Assembly: GCA_963716205.1 (NCBI GenBank)
Contig: OY970290.1
Coordinates: forward strand, 239,417-303,416
Reading direction: 5' to 3'
Source of the DNA: an uncultured bacterium
Lineage (GTDB): Bacteria; Patescibacteriota; Minisyncoccia; Phycocordibacterales; GWA1-40-21
DNA length: 64,000 nt
The notes under the pieces are model-generated. The model did no database searches. It saw only the letters and a list, made by a program, of their open reading frames with translations, and had not been told where the DNA came from. The position numbers and the translations under genes were made by a program. Shown here piece by piece: positions 47,399 to 58,522 of the stretch (positions are counted from its first letter, which is position 1; each line of letters starts with the position of its first letter).

Positions 47399-48583
47399 AT
47401 GCTCTCTTTTTCTTTCAAAAACAAACCTTCCTTGCATTTAGTTTTTGATATTCGAGACTCATCCGTCACGCTCGCTGCGGCGAAATTTGAAAAAAATAAA
47501 AAGCCGGAGCTCGTGCTGTGCCAGAATTTTCCCATCAAAGCTGAAAATGAAAATGATCAGGAAAAATATCTTGCCGCAATGTTTTCTACACTTGATGAAG
47601 CGATTCTTACCATCCGAAAATCATTGGTGCAGATCGGTCATACTGAAAAAATAGAAAAACATTTCTTTTTCATCGGATCGCCGTGGAGCGTCTCGCAGAG
47701 CAAATCGATCACGGTGACGAAAGACAGGCCGTTTGAGATCACCAATACGATATTCGAGAAAATCATTACCGGAGAAGAAACGGAAACGGAAAAAAGCATG
47801 AGACAGGATTCTTTTCCAGGCGGATGGCAAGTGCTCGAAGAAAAAATTCTCGAGACCAAACTTGGCGGCTATGTCATTGAAAATATATTCGGCAAAAAAA
47901 CTGATGATCTTGCAGTAGAATTATTCGTTTCGTTCATTCCATCCAAAATCAAAAACAAACTATATTCCATTGCGGATGCACAATTCGGAAAACACGAGCA
48001 AAACCATGTCGGCTCGTCTATCCTTCCGTCGTATTCTTTTTTGCGGGACGCATATCCGGATAAAGATAATTTTATTTGTGCGGATATCGGCGATTATTTG
48101 ACCGACATATATGTGGTCAGAGATAATGTCATTTTTGCGGTTGCATCAATGCCGTTCGGCGAAAAAGACATCGTGCAGTCTGCGGCAAAAAAAACGAAAA
48201 CATCGGAATCCATTGTGTCGTCATCTATTGCGATTCATCGTGCCGGCAACGATAACGGCAGCACTCAAAAAGATTTTGAAACAAATATTATCGGTCAGGA
48301 AATCTTGGTTTGGTTGGCGAAGATCGGCGAGTTGCTTTCAAAAATGGTCGGTGAATTTGGCATTTCCAAAAATCTTTTTATCATTCCCCGAAGCGAACTT
48401 TCGCGTTTTATCGCAGAGTATGCTAGTTCAAAAGAGCATCCAATTAAAGTTTTTGAAAAAGAAATGGAAGTATTTATCGTTGACGATCAGGTCATAAACG
48501 ATGCTATCACAAATGCGAAAGTTTTTGAAAATGAGCCTGGCATAAAAATCGATCTTTTGTTTCTCAACAGAACAATAGGATAG
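47399..48583 (+). CDS. hypothetical actin-fold (FtsA/PilM-like) protein
   Basis: VFDIRDSSVTLAAA near the N-terminus and ICADIGDYLTDIYVV resemble ASKHA phosphate-binding motifs. Confidence 0.45.
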   Translation: MLSFSFKNKPSLHLVFDIRDSSVTLAAAKFEKNKKPELVLCQNFPIKAENENDQEKYLAAMFSTLDEAILTIRKSLVQIGHTEKIEKHFFFIGSPWSVSQSKSITVTKDRPFEITNTIFEKIITGEETETEKSMRQDSFPGGWQVLEEKILETKLGGYVIENIFGKKTDDLAVELFVSFIPSKIKNKLYSIADAQFGKHEQNHVGSSILPSYSFLRDAYPDKDNFICADIGDYLTDIYVVRDNVIFAVASMPFGEKDIVQSAAKKTKTSESIVSSSIAIHRAGNDNGSTQKDFETNIIGQEILVWLAKIGELLSKMVGEFGISKNLFIIPRSELSRFIAEYASSKEHPIKVFEKEMEVFIVDDQVINDAITNAKVFENEPGIKIDLLFLNRTIG

Positions 48584-48635
48584 ATTTGGTGTATAATGAT
48601 TCCGCAGAAATTATAACGAATAATAAATCAACACA

Positions 48636-50033
48636 ATGGCGCGAAAACTCATACAAGATATTTTTGTAAATGACAAGCCGGCGGATATCGTCCGGAAAGA
48701 TGTATCCGGCAAAAAAGAAGAGCCGAAAGAAGATTCAAAAAAAACTGAGTCAAATCAGAAAAAAGAATTTTTTGCCAAACGACAGGATTTCAAGAAAATT
48801 TTTACGGAAAGGAAAAAAGGTCTCGAAGTCATTGAGAGATATGACGAGCCGGAAGAAAAAATTTCAAAAAACTCACATATTTTCATTTGGATTATCTGTA
48901 TCATTGCGGTCGGCACGCTGCTCTTTTTTGTTTCATCCATTTTTTCCACCGCTGTCCTAACGATAACACCAAAGTCCGAGCCGGTAACATTGAATGATTT
49001 GTTTATGATTACAACATCGACAAGCACGGCTCAAAGTCTTGATTTACACTATCAGATAGAGACGCTTACGGAAACTATGTCACAGCCTCTCACAACAAAT
49101 GGCAGCAACAATGTTTCAGTAAAAGCGACAGGGAAAGCTATTATTTACAATGACTATAGCGCCGTGACCCAGCGGCTTATTACGAACACCCGTTTAGAAA
49201 CAACTGACGGTCTTATATATAGAATAACCGAACCGGTGGATGTGCCGGGGATTAAAACAGTGAATGGAGTCCAAACTCCTGGAAGCGTGGAGGTGACTAT
49301 CGTTGCCGATGCCCCAGGGACACAATATAATATGAAGCTTACGGACTTCAAGGGAGATTTCACCATACCAGGTTTTGAAGGTACGCCCCAATACAGCGGA
49401 TTTTATGCGCGGCTTTCAGCGGATGCCACTGGCGGCTATGTTGGAACCGCAAAGACCGTTTCCGCCGATGTTCTTTCCGCTGGCAGGACTGAATTGAAAA
49501 ATACTATTCAAGCCCAGCTGATAAAAGATATTTATTCTCAAAATCCAGATCAGGATACTATTTTCAAGAATGATTACTTTGTGACATACACTGATCTGCC
49601 GGACGCGGCAGACGCGACCAATTATACGATTTCCGAATCAGCGACCATGTATGCCATTGCATTCAACAAAAGCGAGCTCGCAGCTTTCATCGCGGAGGAT
49701 AAATTACCGGATTACGATAATTCTCCAGTCAATGCAATTTGGAATGACGACATGTCCGTTACGGTTTCTGGTATGACAGCTACGCCGTGGCTTGAAAATC
49801 AATTGAAAGCGACATTTTCCGGAGACGGCACTATTGTGTGGTCATATGATTCCAATAAAATCCTTGATGAAATAAAAGGTCAGGATAAATCCGTCCTTTC
49901 CGATATTTTGAATGAAAGCACCAGTTCAATCACTCAAATGACAGCGAGTATTATGCCGGCGTGGGACAATACATTCCCGAAAAATACCGCGAAAATCAAA
50001 ATTATCGATTCGGTGATGGATCAAGCGCAATAA
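48636..50033 (+). CDS. hypothetical membrane-anchored protein (charged N-terminus, single TM, large extracytoplasmic domain)
   Basis: 465-aa ORF with a TM segment IFIWIICIIAVGTLLFFVSSIF. Confidence 0.45.
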   Translation: MARKLIQDIFVNDKPADIVRKDVSGKKEEPKEDSKKTESNQKKEFFAKRQDFKKIFTERKKGLEVIERYDEPEEKISKNSHIFIWIICIIAVGTLLFFVSSIFSTAVLTITPKSEPVTLNDLFMITTSTSTAQSLDLHYQIETLTETMSQPLTTNGSNNVSVKATGKAIIYNDYSAVTQRLITNTRLETTDGLIYRITEPVDVPGIKTVNGVQTPGSVEVTIVADAPGTQYNMKLTDFKGDFTIPGFEGTPQYSGFYARLSADATGGYVGTAKTVSADVLSAGRTELKNTIQAQLIKDIYSQNPDQDTIFKNDYFVTYTDLPDAADATNYTISESATMYAIAFNKSELAAFIAEDKLPDYDNSPVNAIWNDDMSVTVSGMTATPWLENQLKATFSGDGTIVWSYDSNKILDEIKGQDKSVLSDILNESTSSITQMTASIMPAWDNTFPKNTAKIKIIDSVMDQAQ

Positions 50034-50417
50034 AAATCCATAATGCAGTTGAGAAAATCTAGAAAAGTATTTTTGGCGCTTGGAGCCACCGCACTTTTAT
50101 TTTTTGCCGGTTTTGCCATTGCTGAAAATTCCTCAGGAAATGTTGCAAACCAGACTAGGCGCGGACAAGCATTGGTATCCCAATCAGTTATTGTTTTTTA
50201 AAATGGCACTAAAATCGCTCTTGATCATAAAAGAAGCCCCCAAAATGGGGACTCGGTAGTGCTGTGTTGAACGGGGGCGGATAAGCTAGAGAAACTACCC
50301 TTACAAATCAAGTTTGGAATCAATATCGGTGGTTTAATGGTGGAATTCGACTTTAGAAACAAAGTATCATTGACTCTCCCTCTATAATTTGTTAGTATAA
50401 GCCGTCGTTAATTAAAA

Positions 50418-50639
50418 ATGCCAATACCAAATAAAATCAAGGAAAGTGCTACCGGTATCGTGCTTGAAGCATTCCCGAACGCATTGTTCAAGGTCAAACT
50501 TGACAATGAAAAAGGCGAACTACTTTGCTATCTTGCCGGAAAAATGCGCCTTCACCGGATAAAGATTTTGATAGGAGATCGGGTGGATGTGGTGCTCGAT
50601 GAATACGGCGGAAAGGGCAGAATAACCAGGAGACTTTAA
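50418..50639 (+). CDS. infA: translation initiation factor IF-1
   Basis: 73 aa with an S1-like fold sequence ..[18 protein letters not shown].. Confidence 0.9.
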   Translation: MPIPNKIKESATGIVLEAFPNALFKVKLDNEKGELLCYLAGKMRLHRIKILIGDRVDVVLDEYGGKGRITRRL

Positions 50640-50644
50640 ATAAT

Positions 50645-50761
50645 ATGAAAGTAAAAGCTTCAGTAAAAAATATTTGTGCGAAATGCAGGACTTTGCGAAG
50701 AAAGGGCAGAGTGCATGTTGTCTGTACGTCAAATCCTCGACATAAGCAAAGACAGGGATAA
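50645..50761 (+). CDS. rpmJ: 50S ribosomal protein L36
   Basis: 38 aa, [38 protein letters not shown]. Below the ORF-track size cutoff. Confidence 0.85.
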   Translation: MKVKASVKNICAKCRTLRRKGRVHVVCTSNPRHKQRQG

Positions 50762-50815
50762 AAGGGGTTGATTTTTTATGAAAGAAATGCTAGTCTAACA
50801 GTTCTTGTAATTTTT

Positions 50816-51196
50816 ATGCGCATCGCAGGTATCACAATTCCAGAAAACAAAAGATTGAAAGTCGGACTTACGGTGCTCTACGGCATCGGTCTTCCGCTTG
50901 CGAGGCAGATATTGGTTCAAGCAAAAGTCAGCGGCGACAAAAAGCCGGCAGAATTGACAGCTGATGAAGAGGCAAAAATCAGAAAAATCGTTGAAGCGAG
51001 AAAGATAGAAGGAGATTTGAAAAGAGAAGTTGCCGGAAATATCAAGCGGCTCAAAGATATCAAAAGTTTCCGTGGTTCGCGACATATGAAAAAGCTTCCG
51101 TCTCGCGGCCAAAGAACCAAGACCAATTCCCGAACACTCCGTGGCAACACCAGAAAGACCATGGGCACCGGCAGAAAGAAGGAGGACAAAAAATAA
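50816..51196 (+). CDS. rpsM: 30S ribosomal protein S13
   Basis: MRIAGITIPENKRLKVGLTVLYGIG... Confidence 0.9.
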   Translation: MRIAGITIPENKRLKVGLTVLYGIGLPLARQILVQAKVSGDKKPAELTADEEAKIRKIVEARKIEGDLKREVAGNIKRLKDIKSFRGSRHMKKLPSRGQRTKTNSRTLRGNTRKTMGTGRKKEDKK

Positions 51197-51216
51197 TATC
51201 TAATACATAACGAACA

Positions 51217-51651
51217 ATGGGTAAGAAACGAATAGTAAAAACGGAAGATACAAAAGAAGGAGCAAAAGCGGCTCTGGAAGTAAAAAAATCATCAAAGAAA
51301 CGAGTTGATGCGGGTATTTTGTATGTTCAATCCACATATAATAATACAATGGTCCTTTTGACCGACAAAAAAGGAAATGCACTTCTCGCGTCATCCGCAG
51401 GCGCGCTTGGTTTCAAAGGTGCAAAGAAAGGTACGCCGTTTGCAGCTGCAAAAGTCGGCGAAGTGCTCGGTGAAAAAGCCATGGATTTCGGACTGAAAGA
51501 AATTGATGTCGTTGTCAAAGGCGTCGGCTCGGGACGAGAGTCAGCTATCCGGGGTTTCATTTCAAAAGGCGGCGTAAACATTACCAATATCAAAGACGAA
51601 ACGCCGGTGCCGCACAATGGTCCGAAGCCGAAGAAACCGCGAAGAGTATAA
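51217..51651 (+). CDS. rpsK: 30S ribosomal protein S11
   Basis: Conserved S11 core ..NTMVLLTDKKGNALLASSAG.. Confidence 0.9.
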   Translation: MGKKRIVKTEDTKEGAKAALEVKKSSKKRVDAGILYVQSTYNNTMVLLTDKKGNALLASSAGALGFKGAKKGTPFAAAKVGEVLGEKAMDFGLKEIDVVVKGVGSGRESAIRGFISKGGVNITNIKDETPVPHNGPKPKKPRRV

Positions 51652-51663
51652 TTTAATTTCAAT

Positions 51664-52269
51664 ATGATAACAGGAAAAAGATACAAAATAGCAAAGAGAC
51701 TCGGCGCAAGCGTTTTTGAAAAAACGCAGGGCAAAAAGTTTGCCTTGAGAATGGATGCAAAAAAAGCAGCTCGACCGAAGAGAGCAGGATCGGATTTCGG
51801 CGTACAGCTTATTGAAAAGCAGAGAGCAAAAGTTACCTACGGTGTCGGTGAGAAACAGTTCAAAAATTCCGTCCAAAAAATCCTCAACAAAAAATCATCA
51901 AATATAAATGAAGCTCTTGTCGCGGAGCTTGAAACGCGGCTCGACAATGTCATCTATCGCCTTGGTTTTGCAAAATCACGCCAGGCGGCGCGACAGATGG
52001 TCAATCACGGACACATCAATATCAACGGCAAAAGACAATCGATTCCTTCTTATAAAGTGAGTGTCGGAGATGTCATTGCGATACGGGAGGGAAGCTTGAA
52101 GAAAGGATTGTTCACGGATTTGAATGACCGGCTGAAAGAGCAGAGAATCCCTTCATGGCTCGCGCTTGATGCAGCAAAGAGGGAAGCGAAAGTGCAGGGT
52201 ATGCCGAAGATTGCGCCGAATGAAATTGCCTTCGATGTTTCAGCGATATTCCAGTATTACAGCAAATAA
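51664..52269 (+). CDS. rpsD: 30S ribosomal protein S4
   Basis: S4 domain ..YRLGFAKSRQAARQMVNHGHI.NG.. Confidence 0.9.
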   Translation: MITGKRYKIAKRLGASVFEKTQGKKFALRMDAKKAARPKRAGSDFGVQLIEKQRAKVTYGVGEKQFKNSVQKILNKKSSNINEALVAELETRLDNVIYRLGFAKSRQAARQMVNHGHININGKRQSIPSYKVSVGDVIAIREGSLKKGLFTDLNDRLKEQRIPSWLALDAAKREAKVQGMPKIAPNEIAFDVSAIFQYYSK

Positions 52270-52319
52270 AAATATCATTTAGTTAGCAAAAATTTTATTA
52301 ATTTTAATAAAGAAAAAAT

Positions 52320-53279
52320 ATGCCCGATCAATATAAAATAATATTGCCATCAAAACCAAAAATCATCGCCGAAGATGCGCATTCCGGAACGTATGAAATC
52401 GAAGGTTTGTATCCGGGATACGGACACACGCTTGGAAATTCTTTAAGAAGAATCATCCTTTCGTCAATTCCGGGAGTCGCGATCATTTCAGTCAAGATAA
52501 ACGGCGCCGAGCACGAATTTTCCACACTCAAAGGTGTCAAAGAAGATGTGATCAATATTATTTTGAATTTGAAGCAGGTTCGGTTCAAAGTCGTCAATGA
52601 TGAGCTTCAGACAGTTGAATTAAAAATCAAAGGTGTGAGCGAAGTGACAGCTGGAGACATCAAAGTTCCCGGTCAGGTTGAAGTTTTGAATCCTGAACAT
52701 CATATCGCATCGATTACCGACAAGAATACGGAGCTTGTCATTGAAATGAAAATCCAGAAAGGCCTCGGATTCGTGCCGAAAGAAATCATCCAGAAAAATA
52801 AAATGGAAATAGGAATGATTGCACTTGATGCCATTTTTACTCCCATCAGAAGAGTGAACTATGATGTGGAAAATATGCGCGTCGGTGACAGGACTGATTT
52901 CAATAAATTGAAGATATCAATAGAAACGGACGGTTCGATTACACCGAAAGAAACGCTTGAAAAATCCATCTTTATTATGATAGAACAGTTGAAGGCAATT
53001 GTCGGTTTTGAAGAGCCGGTGGAAGAGAAACTCGAGAAGAAATCGGAAAAAGGCTCGGGCGAAGAAAAAGAAGTTGATGCAGAATTTTTGAAAACACGGA
53101 TCGAAGGATTGGATTTGTCGGTCAGAACGGTTAATGCGCTTTCTGCCGCAAACATTCGCACGGTCGGCGGCTTGGCAAAAAAGAAGGAAAAAGATCTGAC
53201 GGATATTGACGGTCTCGGCGCAAAAGGCATTCAGGAAATCAAAAAAGTCTTGTCAAACTACGGCATCACATTGAAATAA
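52320..53279 (+). CDS. rpoA: DNA-directed RNA polymerase subunit alpha
   Basis: N-terminal ..GHTLGNSLRRIILSS.. and a C-terminal alpha-CTD. Confidence 0.9.
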   Translation: MPDQYKIILPSKPKIIAEDAHSGTYEIEGLYPGYGHTLGNSLRRIILSSIPGVAIISVKINGAEHEFSTLKGVKEDVINIILNLKQVRFKVVNDELQTVELKIKGVSEVTAGDIKVPGQVEVLNPEHHIASITDKNTELVIEMKIQKGLGFVPKEIIQKNKMEIGMIALDAIFTPIRRVNYDVENMRVGDRTDFNKLKISIETDGSITPKETLEKSIFIMIEQLKAIVGFEEPVEEKLEKKSEKGSGEEKEVDAEFLKTRIEGLDLSVRTVNALSAANIRTVGGLAKKKEKDLTDIDGLGAKGIQEIKKVLSNYGITLK

Positions 53280-53288
53280 TCCATTATC

Positions 53289-53636
53289 ATGTTACATTCC
53301 AACAAGAACAAACAGCTATCAAGAATGAGAAACGGAAGAAATGCGCTCATCAAAACGCTCGGTGTTTCTCTTGTCCGCGACGGCAAAATAACCACAACAG
53401 TTATCAAAGCGAAAGTTTTGAAATCATTCATCGAGAAGCTGGTGACAAAAGGAAAAGCTGGAACGCTCGCTGCACACAAGCTTTTGGCAAAAAATATCGG
53501 TCCGACTGCTGCGCAGAAAATTGTCAAAGTGATTGCGCCGAAATATAAAGACAGAAATGGCGGCTACACGAGAGTGATCAAGATGAAAAGAAGAACATCG
53601 GATGGTGCAAGCATGGCGGTCATAGAATTTGTATAA
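53289..53636 (+). CDS. rplQ: 50S ribosomal protein L17
   Basis: Typical L17 sequence and position after rpoA. Confidence 0.9.
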   Translation: MLHSNKNKQLSRMRNGRNALIKTLGVSLVRDGKITTTVIKAKVLKSFIEKLVTKGKAGTLAAHKLLAKNIGPTAAQKIVKVIAPKYKDRNGGYTRVIKMKRRTSDGASMAVIEFV

Positions 53637-53645
53637 TAAAAATAT

Positions 53646-53996
53646 ATGGAAAAGAAAATTTACACAATAGATGCGACGGGAGGAAAAATTGGCAGGGTAG
53701 CGACAAAAGTTGTGACGATTTTGACTGGTAAAAACAGAGCGGATTATGCTCGCAATAAAGTTTTTGATGTTCAAGTAGTGATCAATAATGCTTCAAAGCT
53801 CGATATCGCTGAAAGTAAACTTGGAAATATGTATAAAAGATATTCTGGATATCCTGGCGGACTTTCTGAAAAAAGTATGGAGCAGATTATCGAGAAGAAA
53901 GGCAAAGCTGCAATATTAAAACTTGCCATTTCTGGAATGATTCCGCACAACAAACTCAAATCAAGGATTATCAAGAATGTTTTGATCAACGAATAA
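53646..53996 (+). CDS. rplM: 50S ribosomal protein L13
   Basis: ..IDATGGKIGRVATKVV.. Confidence 0.9.
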   Translation: MEKKIYTIDATGGKIGRVATKVVTILTGKNRADYARNKVFDVQVVINNASKLDIAESKLGNMYKRYSGYPGGLSEKSMEQIIEKKGKAAILKLAISGMIPHNKLKSRIIKNVLINE

Positions 53997-54001
53997 AATT
54001 T

Positions 54002-54430
54002 ATGGAAAAAACAACAAAAACAAAATCAGAAAGCGGAGCACGATATGTGGAAGCTGTCGGAAGACGAAAAACTTCGATCGCCCGAGTCCGAGCAACTCCA
54101 TCTGCAAAAGGTTCTATTTCCATCAATGGTGGAAAAAACGTTAATGATTATTTTAAAGTGGAAGCACATCAGATTTCTGCGCTTGAATCTTTGAAAAAGG
54201 GAGGTAAAGAAAACGAGCTTACCATTACTGCGATGATTTCCGGCGGCGGGATCAATTCTCAAGCGGAAGCTTTGAGGCACGCTATTGCCAGAGTTCTCAT
54301 CAAGATGGATCCGGCGCTCCGAAAGGATTTGAAAAAAGAAGGATTCCTCAAAAGAGATCCTCGGGCAAAAGAGAGACGAAAGTTTGGCCTCAAAAAAGCG
54401 AGAAAGGCTCCTCAGTGGTCAAAAAGATAA
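54002..54430 (+). CDS. rpsI: 30S ribosomal protein S9
   Basis: ..VGRRKTSIARVR.. and a C-terminal ..KKARKAPQWSKR. Confidence 0.9.
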   Translation: MEKTTKTKSESGARYVEAVGRRKTSIARVRATPSAKGSISINGGKNVNDYFKVEAHQISALESLKKGGKENELTITAMISGGGINSQAEALRHAIARVLIKMDPALRKDLKKEGFLKRDPRAKERRKFGLKKARKAPQWSKR

Positions 54431-54437
54431 AAGAAAA

Positions 54438-54467
54438 TCCCCGAGAAATATTCCTCGGGGATTTTTT
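54438..54467 (+). terminator. rho-independent terminator of the ribosomal-protein operon
   Basis: Stem tccccgag/ctcgggga followed by tttttt. Confidence 0.75.
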
Positions 54468-54470
54468 ATA

Positions 54471-54506
54471 AAAAAAAGCCCGTTTCCTCCTGAAAGGAAA
54501 CGGGCG
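54471..54506 (-). terminator. rho-independent terminator for the minus-strand small ORF
   Basis: Stem gcccgtttcc/ggaaacgggc preceded on the + strand by aaaaaaaa, giving a T-run on the minus strand. Confidence 0.65.
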
Positions 54507-54527
54507 GGTCAGCTTGAAAGGGGAGAT

Positions 54528-54647
54528 TAGTTGTTCTCGTCATCTGCCATCTGGCCGTTTCCTTGGGCACTTGTGACTCCAAAGAGTTTGACGAAAGCGG
54601 ACAGCTCTCCCTGATCTTCATTCTCGATGCTTTTGTTGTTCATGGAA
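54528..54647 (-). CDS. small acidic protein (39 aa)
   Basis: MNNKSIENEDQGELSAFVKLFGVTSAQGNGQMADDENN. SD GGAGGA 7 nt upstream, and its own terminator. Confidence 0.4.
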
Positions 54648-54765
54648 CTTCCTCCGGTAAAAAATCACTGCATTTCTGAAACTAGAATTAGTTTAGCATA
54701 TCATTGATAATATGTCAAGTATATTACGTAATATAAAACTTGATTTATAAAAAAAGTATGATAAA

Positions 54766-55317
54766 ATGGCTATAAATATGAACAAAAACGACGAAAATAA
54801 CGACATAATATATGATGAGAATGAAACTCTGGAAGAGCTAGTCAAAAAGCTGAAAGAAAGGATAAAAACTCTTGAAAAAGAAAAACAGGAATACATGAAC
54901 GGCTGGCAAAGGGAGCGCGCCGATTTCGTCAATTACAAAAAACGGGTTGAGAATGAAAAGCTCGAGGTTATCAAATACGGAAATGAAAATCTGGTTTCCG
55001 AGCTTGTGCCCGTGCTTGACTCTTTTGAAATGGCCTTTGCAAATAAAGAGGCTTGGGAAAAGGCGGACAAAAATTGGCGGATTGGCGTGGAATATATTCA
55101 TTCGCAGCTCATCAAAATTCTCGATGAAAACGGTTTGAAAATAATGGATCCTCTCGGCGAGAAATTTGATCCAAAATTTCATGTTGCAGAAGAACATATT
55201 GAAACGGAGGATGAAAAGCAAGACGGCATCATTACAAAAGTAGTGAAGAAAGGATATATGCTCAGCGGTAGAGTAATCATCGCACCGAAAGTTGTTGTGG
55301 CGGAGTATAAGAAATAG
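54766..55317 (+). CDS. grpE: nucleotide exchange factor GrpE
   Basis: Coiled-coil N-terminus and a C-terminal GrpE core (..WQRERADFVNYKKR..). Confidence 0.85.
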   Translation: MAINMNKNDENNDIIYDENETLEELVKKLKERIKTLEKEKQEYMNGWQRERADFVNYKKRVENEKLEVIKYGNENLVSELVPVLDSFEMAFANKEAWEKADKNWRIGVEYIHSQLIKILDENGLKIMDPLGEKFDPKFHVAEEHIETEDEKQDGIITKVVKKGYMLSGRVIIAPKVVVAEYKK

Positions 55318-55330
55318 TATAATAAAAGCT

Positions 55331-55633
55331 ATGTTAGCAATCCAAAAACAACCGAAATTTTTGAGAAAAACAATGCGCTTGCCGAATGGAGAGCTCGTTT
55401 TGGTTGTGTTTGAATTGATTGAAACCAATGGCAAAGTTATTGCAAAAGCAGTTTATGGAGAAATATTGCAGAGCATGGTTCCGGCACAGGAGACGATGGT
55501 CGCACTTCCGGTTTATTTTGAAAGACAGAATATTGTACCTGTCGTCAGTCCATTTTTTGCATATGTTTCAAAATTGGTAAAAGATTTTTCATTCGTTACC
55601 TCCCAATCCACTCGGGCGCCGAATTTTATATAA
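55331..55633 (+). CDS. hypothetical protein between grpE and dnaK
   Basis: 100-aa ORF. No motif is recognised. Confidence 0.35.
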   Translation: MLAIQKQPKFLRKTMRLPNGELVLVVFELIETNGKVIAKAVYGEILQSMVPAQETMVALPVYFERQNIVPVVSPFFAYVSKLVKDFSFVTSQSTRAPNFI

Positions 55634-55717
55634 AACGCCAAAGAAAATTTCTTTGGCATAACAAAAGTATTATTAGTACTTGTTTTTTAAATTATTCATT
55701 ATTAACTTATCAAAATT

Positions 55718-57616
55718 ATGTCAAAAATTATAGGAATAGATTTGGGAACGACATTTTCGGCGATGGCGGTGATGGAGGGAAATGCTCCCAAGATCATTGA
55801 GAATGCCGAGGGCGCAAGAACCACACCGTCTATCGTTGCAACGACCAAGACCGGAGAGAGACTCGTTGGACTTTTGGCGCGCAGACAGGCAGTGACCAAT
55901 CCGAAAAACACGATTTTTCAGATTAAAAGATTTATGGGTCACCTGTATGATGATGCCGGTGTGCAGAAAGACAAAGCATCGGTTTCATTTGATGTCTTAA
56001 AATCCGCAAATGGCGGCGTGGAAGTTGCGATGGGCGGGAAGAATTACCGACCAGAAGAAGTTTCCGCAATGATCTTGCAGAAATTGAAAGCGGATGCGGA
56101 AGCGAGGCTCGGAGAAAAGATCACTGACGCGGTCATTACTGTGCCGGCATATTTCAACGACTCGCAGAGACAGGCGACAAAAGATGCGGGACAGATCGCA
56201 GGACTCAATGTTTTGAGAATCATCAACGAGCCGACGGCAGCCGCGCTTGCATACGGTTTGAACAAAAACAAAAATGAAAAGATCGCGGTGTACGATTTCG
56301 GAGGCGGAACATTTGATGTTTCGATCTTGGAAATCGGAGACAGCGTGGTTGAAGTCAGATCGACTGATGGCGACTCGCACCTCGGTGGACGCGATATCGA
56401 CAAGAAGATTGTTGACTGGCTTGCGGATCAATTCATGAAAGAAAACGGAATTGATTTGAGGAAAGATTCTTTGTCGCTTCAGAGACTTGATGAAGCTGCA
56501 GAAAAAGCAAAGATAGAGCTTTCGACTGCACTTGAAACGGAAATAAATATTCCGTTTGTCACATCGGATGCAAACGGTCCAAAGCATTTGTTGGTAAAAT
56601 TATCGAGAGCGACTTTGGAAAATCTCACAAAAGAATTTATTGATCGATCAATTGAGATTTCAAAGCGAGCGATTTCAGCTTCACCATTCAAGATTGAAGA
56701 TATCAACGAAGTGATCATGGTCGGCGGACAGACGAGAATGCCAGCAATTGTTGCTGCAGTCAAAGCTTTGTTTGGAAAGGAGCCGAATCTCACGGTGAAT
56801 CCGGATGAAGTGGTGGCGCTCGGCGCTGCGGTGCAGGGTGGAATTTTGCGTGGTGATGTCAAAGATGTTCTGCTTCTTGATGTCATTCCGCTTGCACTTG
56901 GTATTGAAACGATGGGCGGAGTGGCGACGCACTTGGTGGAAAAAAACACGACCATTCCGACTTCTCGAAGTCAGGTATTTTCGACGGCGGCGGACAATCA
57001 AACCTCGGTGGAAATCCATATTGTGCAAGGCGAGCGCTCAATGGCGAAAGACAATAAATCGCTCGGGAAATTCATTCTTGATGGGATCGCACCAGCACCA
57101 CGAGGTATTCCGCAAGTGGAGGTCACTTTTGATGTGGATGCAAACGGAATTCTCAACGTCAAAGCAAAAGATAAAACGACGGGCAAAGAGCAGTCCATAC
57201 GAATTGAGGCGAGCTCGGGTCTGAAAAAAGAGGACATTGAAAAAATGCAAAAAGATGCCGAGATGCATGCGGAAGAGGACAAAAAACAAAAGGAAGTTGT
57301 CGAGGTGAAAAATGTTGCCGAGCAAATGATGTATACTGCCGAAAAATCAATCAAAGACAACAAAGACAAAATTCCGGCGGAAATTATCAAAAGTGTAACG
57401 GATGCAGTTACTGATGTAAGAACGGCAAATGCCGGATCGGACATCACTCTTATCAAATCAAAGACTGAAGCTCTTTCGACCGAGATGCAGAAAATAGGCG
57501 AAGCGATGGCAAAAGCAAATCAGGCAAATCCGGGGCAAACTGCGGGCACGGAAAATAAAGGAGATAATGTGAAAGATGCCGAATACAAAGAGACGGGCAC
57601 TGATGAAAAGAAATAA
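55718..57616 (+). CDS. dnaK: molecular chaperone DnaK (Hsp70)
   Basis: [16 protein letters not shown], and other Hsp70 signatures. 632 aa. Confidence 0.95.
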   Translation: MSKIIGIDLGTTFSAMAVMEGNAPKIIENAEGARTTPSIVATTKTGERLVGLLARRQAVTNPKNTIFQIKRFMGHLYDDAGVQKDKASVSFDVLKSANGGVEVAMGGKNYRPEEVSAMILQKLKADAEARLGEKITDAVITVPAYFNDSQRQATKDAGQIAGLNVLRIINEPTAAALAYGLNKNKNEKIAVYDFGGGTFDVSILEIGDSVVEVRSTDGDSHLGGRDIDKKIVDWLADQFMKENGIDLRKDSLSLQRLDEAAEKAKIELSTALETEINIPFVTSDANGPKHLLVKLSRATLENLTKEFIDRSIEISKRAISASPFKIEDINEVIMVGGQTRMPAIVAAVKALFGKEPNLTVNPDEVVALGAAVQGGILRGDVKDVLLLDVIPLALGIETMGGVATHLVEKNTTIPTSRSQVFSTAADNQTSVEIHIVQGERSMAKDNKSLGKFILDGIAPAPRGIPQVEVTFDVDANGILNVKAKDKTTGKEQSIRIEASSGLKKEDIEKMQKDAEMHAEEDKKQKEVVEVKNVAEQMMYTAEKSIKDNKDKIPAEIIKSVTDAVTDVRTANAGSDITLIKSKTEALSTEMQKIGEAMAKANQANPGQTAGTENKGDNVKDAEYKETGTDEKK

Positions 57617-58500
57617 TGGCACAAAAAGATTATTACAAAATTCTCGGCGTGGAGAAGAACGCAAGTGCGGAAGATATTAAAAAAGCTTTTCGGAAACTTG
57701 CGCTCGAACATCATCCTGATAAAGGCGGCAACGCAGAAAAGTTCAAAGAAGTGAGCGAGGCTTACAGTGTGCTTAGCGATCCTGCAAAACGCACGCAATA
57801 CGACACCTATGGAAACGCAGGTCCGCAAGCTTCATACGGTGCGGGCGGATTTGGAGCGGGTCAGGGTTTTGAAGGATTTGATTTTTCCGGCTTTCAGCAG
57901 GGGCAGAATTTTGATTTTGATCTCGGAGATATTTTCGGCGAATTTTTCGGAGGAAATTTTTCCCGGCGGCAGAAAAAAGGCAGGGATATTTCCGTGGATT
58001 TGGAAATCTCATTTCATGAATCAGTTTTTGGCGCACAAAAACAGATACGATTTACAAAGACTTCAGAGGGGAAATTGAAAGAAGAAAAATTCACGGTAAG
58101 CATACCCGCTGATATCAATGACGGGCAAACGCTCCGGCTTCCGAATGCCGGCGAGCCGATAGCAGGCGGCATGAACGGTGATTTGTTTATCAGAGTTCAT
58201 GTCAAAGACGATCATCTCTTCAAAAAAGAAGGCAAAAATCTTGTTACAGAATTGAATATCAAATTAACCGATGCCGTGCTCGGCGCGAAATATCAGCTCA
58301 AAACGCTTGATGGCGATATTGAATTGAAAATTCCGGAAGGCGTGGAGTTTGGCCAAACGCTTCGCGTTAAAGGCAAAGGAATTCCGTATGGTTCTAGCAA
58401 GCGCGGTGATTTGTTTGTGAAGATCAATATCAAAACACCAAACAAGCTTTCGCGGAAAGCAAAAGAGAATTTTGAAAATCTGAAAAAAGAAGGATTGTAG
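57616..58500 (+). CDS. dnaJ: DnaJ-family co-chaperone (J domain plus G/F region plus C-terminal domains, no zinc finger)
   Basis: The J domain has HPD. No CxxCxGxG repeats. Its start overlaps the dnaK stop. Confidence 0.8.
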   Translation: MAQKDYYKILGVEKNASAEDIKKAFRKLALEHHPDKGGNAEKFKEVSEAYSVLSDPAKRTQYDTYGNAGPQASYGAGGFGAGQGFEGFDFSGFQQGQNFDFDLGDIFGEFFGGNFSRRQKKGRDISVDLEISFHESVFGAQKQIRFTKTSEGKLKEEKFTVSIPADINDGQTLRLPNAGEPIAGGMNGDLFIRVHVKDDHLFKKEGKNLVTELNIKLTDAVLGAKYQLKTLDGDIELKIPEGVEFGQTLRVKGKGIPYGSSKRGDLFVKINIKTPNKLSRKAKENFENLKKEGL

Positions 58501-58522
58501 AATTACAATTCGAAAATTCAAA

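Noticed and set aside
50221-50417. A possible structured ncRNA or riboswitch upstream of infA (ccccaaaatgggg hairpin, ttgact..tataat-like boxes).
   Set aside because: The hairpin is short. The -35 and -10 spacing is wrong (7 nt). No recognisable conserved RNA motif was found. It is left unannotated. A 52-aa signal-peptide-like ORF at 50043-50201 was also seen but has no supporting evidence.
56044-57456. Multiple 100-200-aa ORFs antisense to dnaK (and similarly inside rpoB, alaS, and the recombinases).
   Set aside because: They are embedded in highly conserved coding sequence on the opposite strand. No independent signals.
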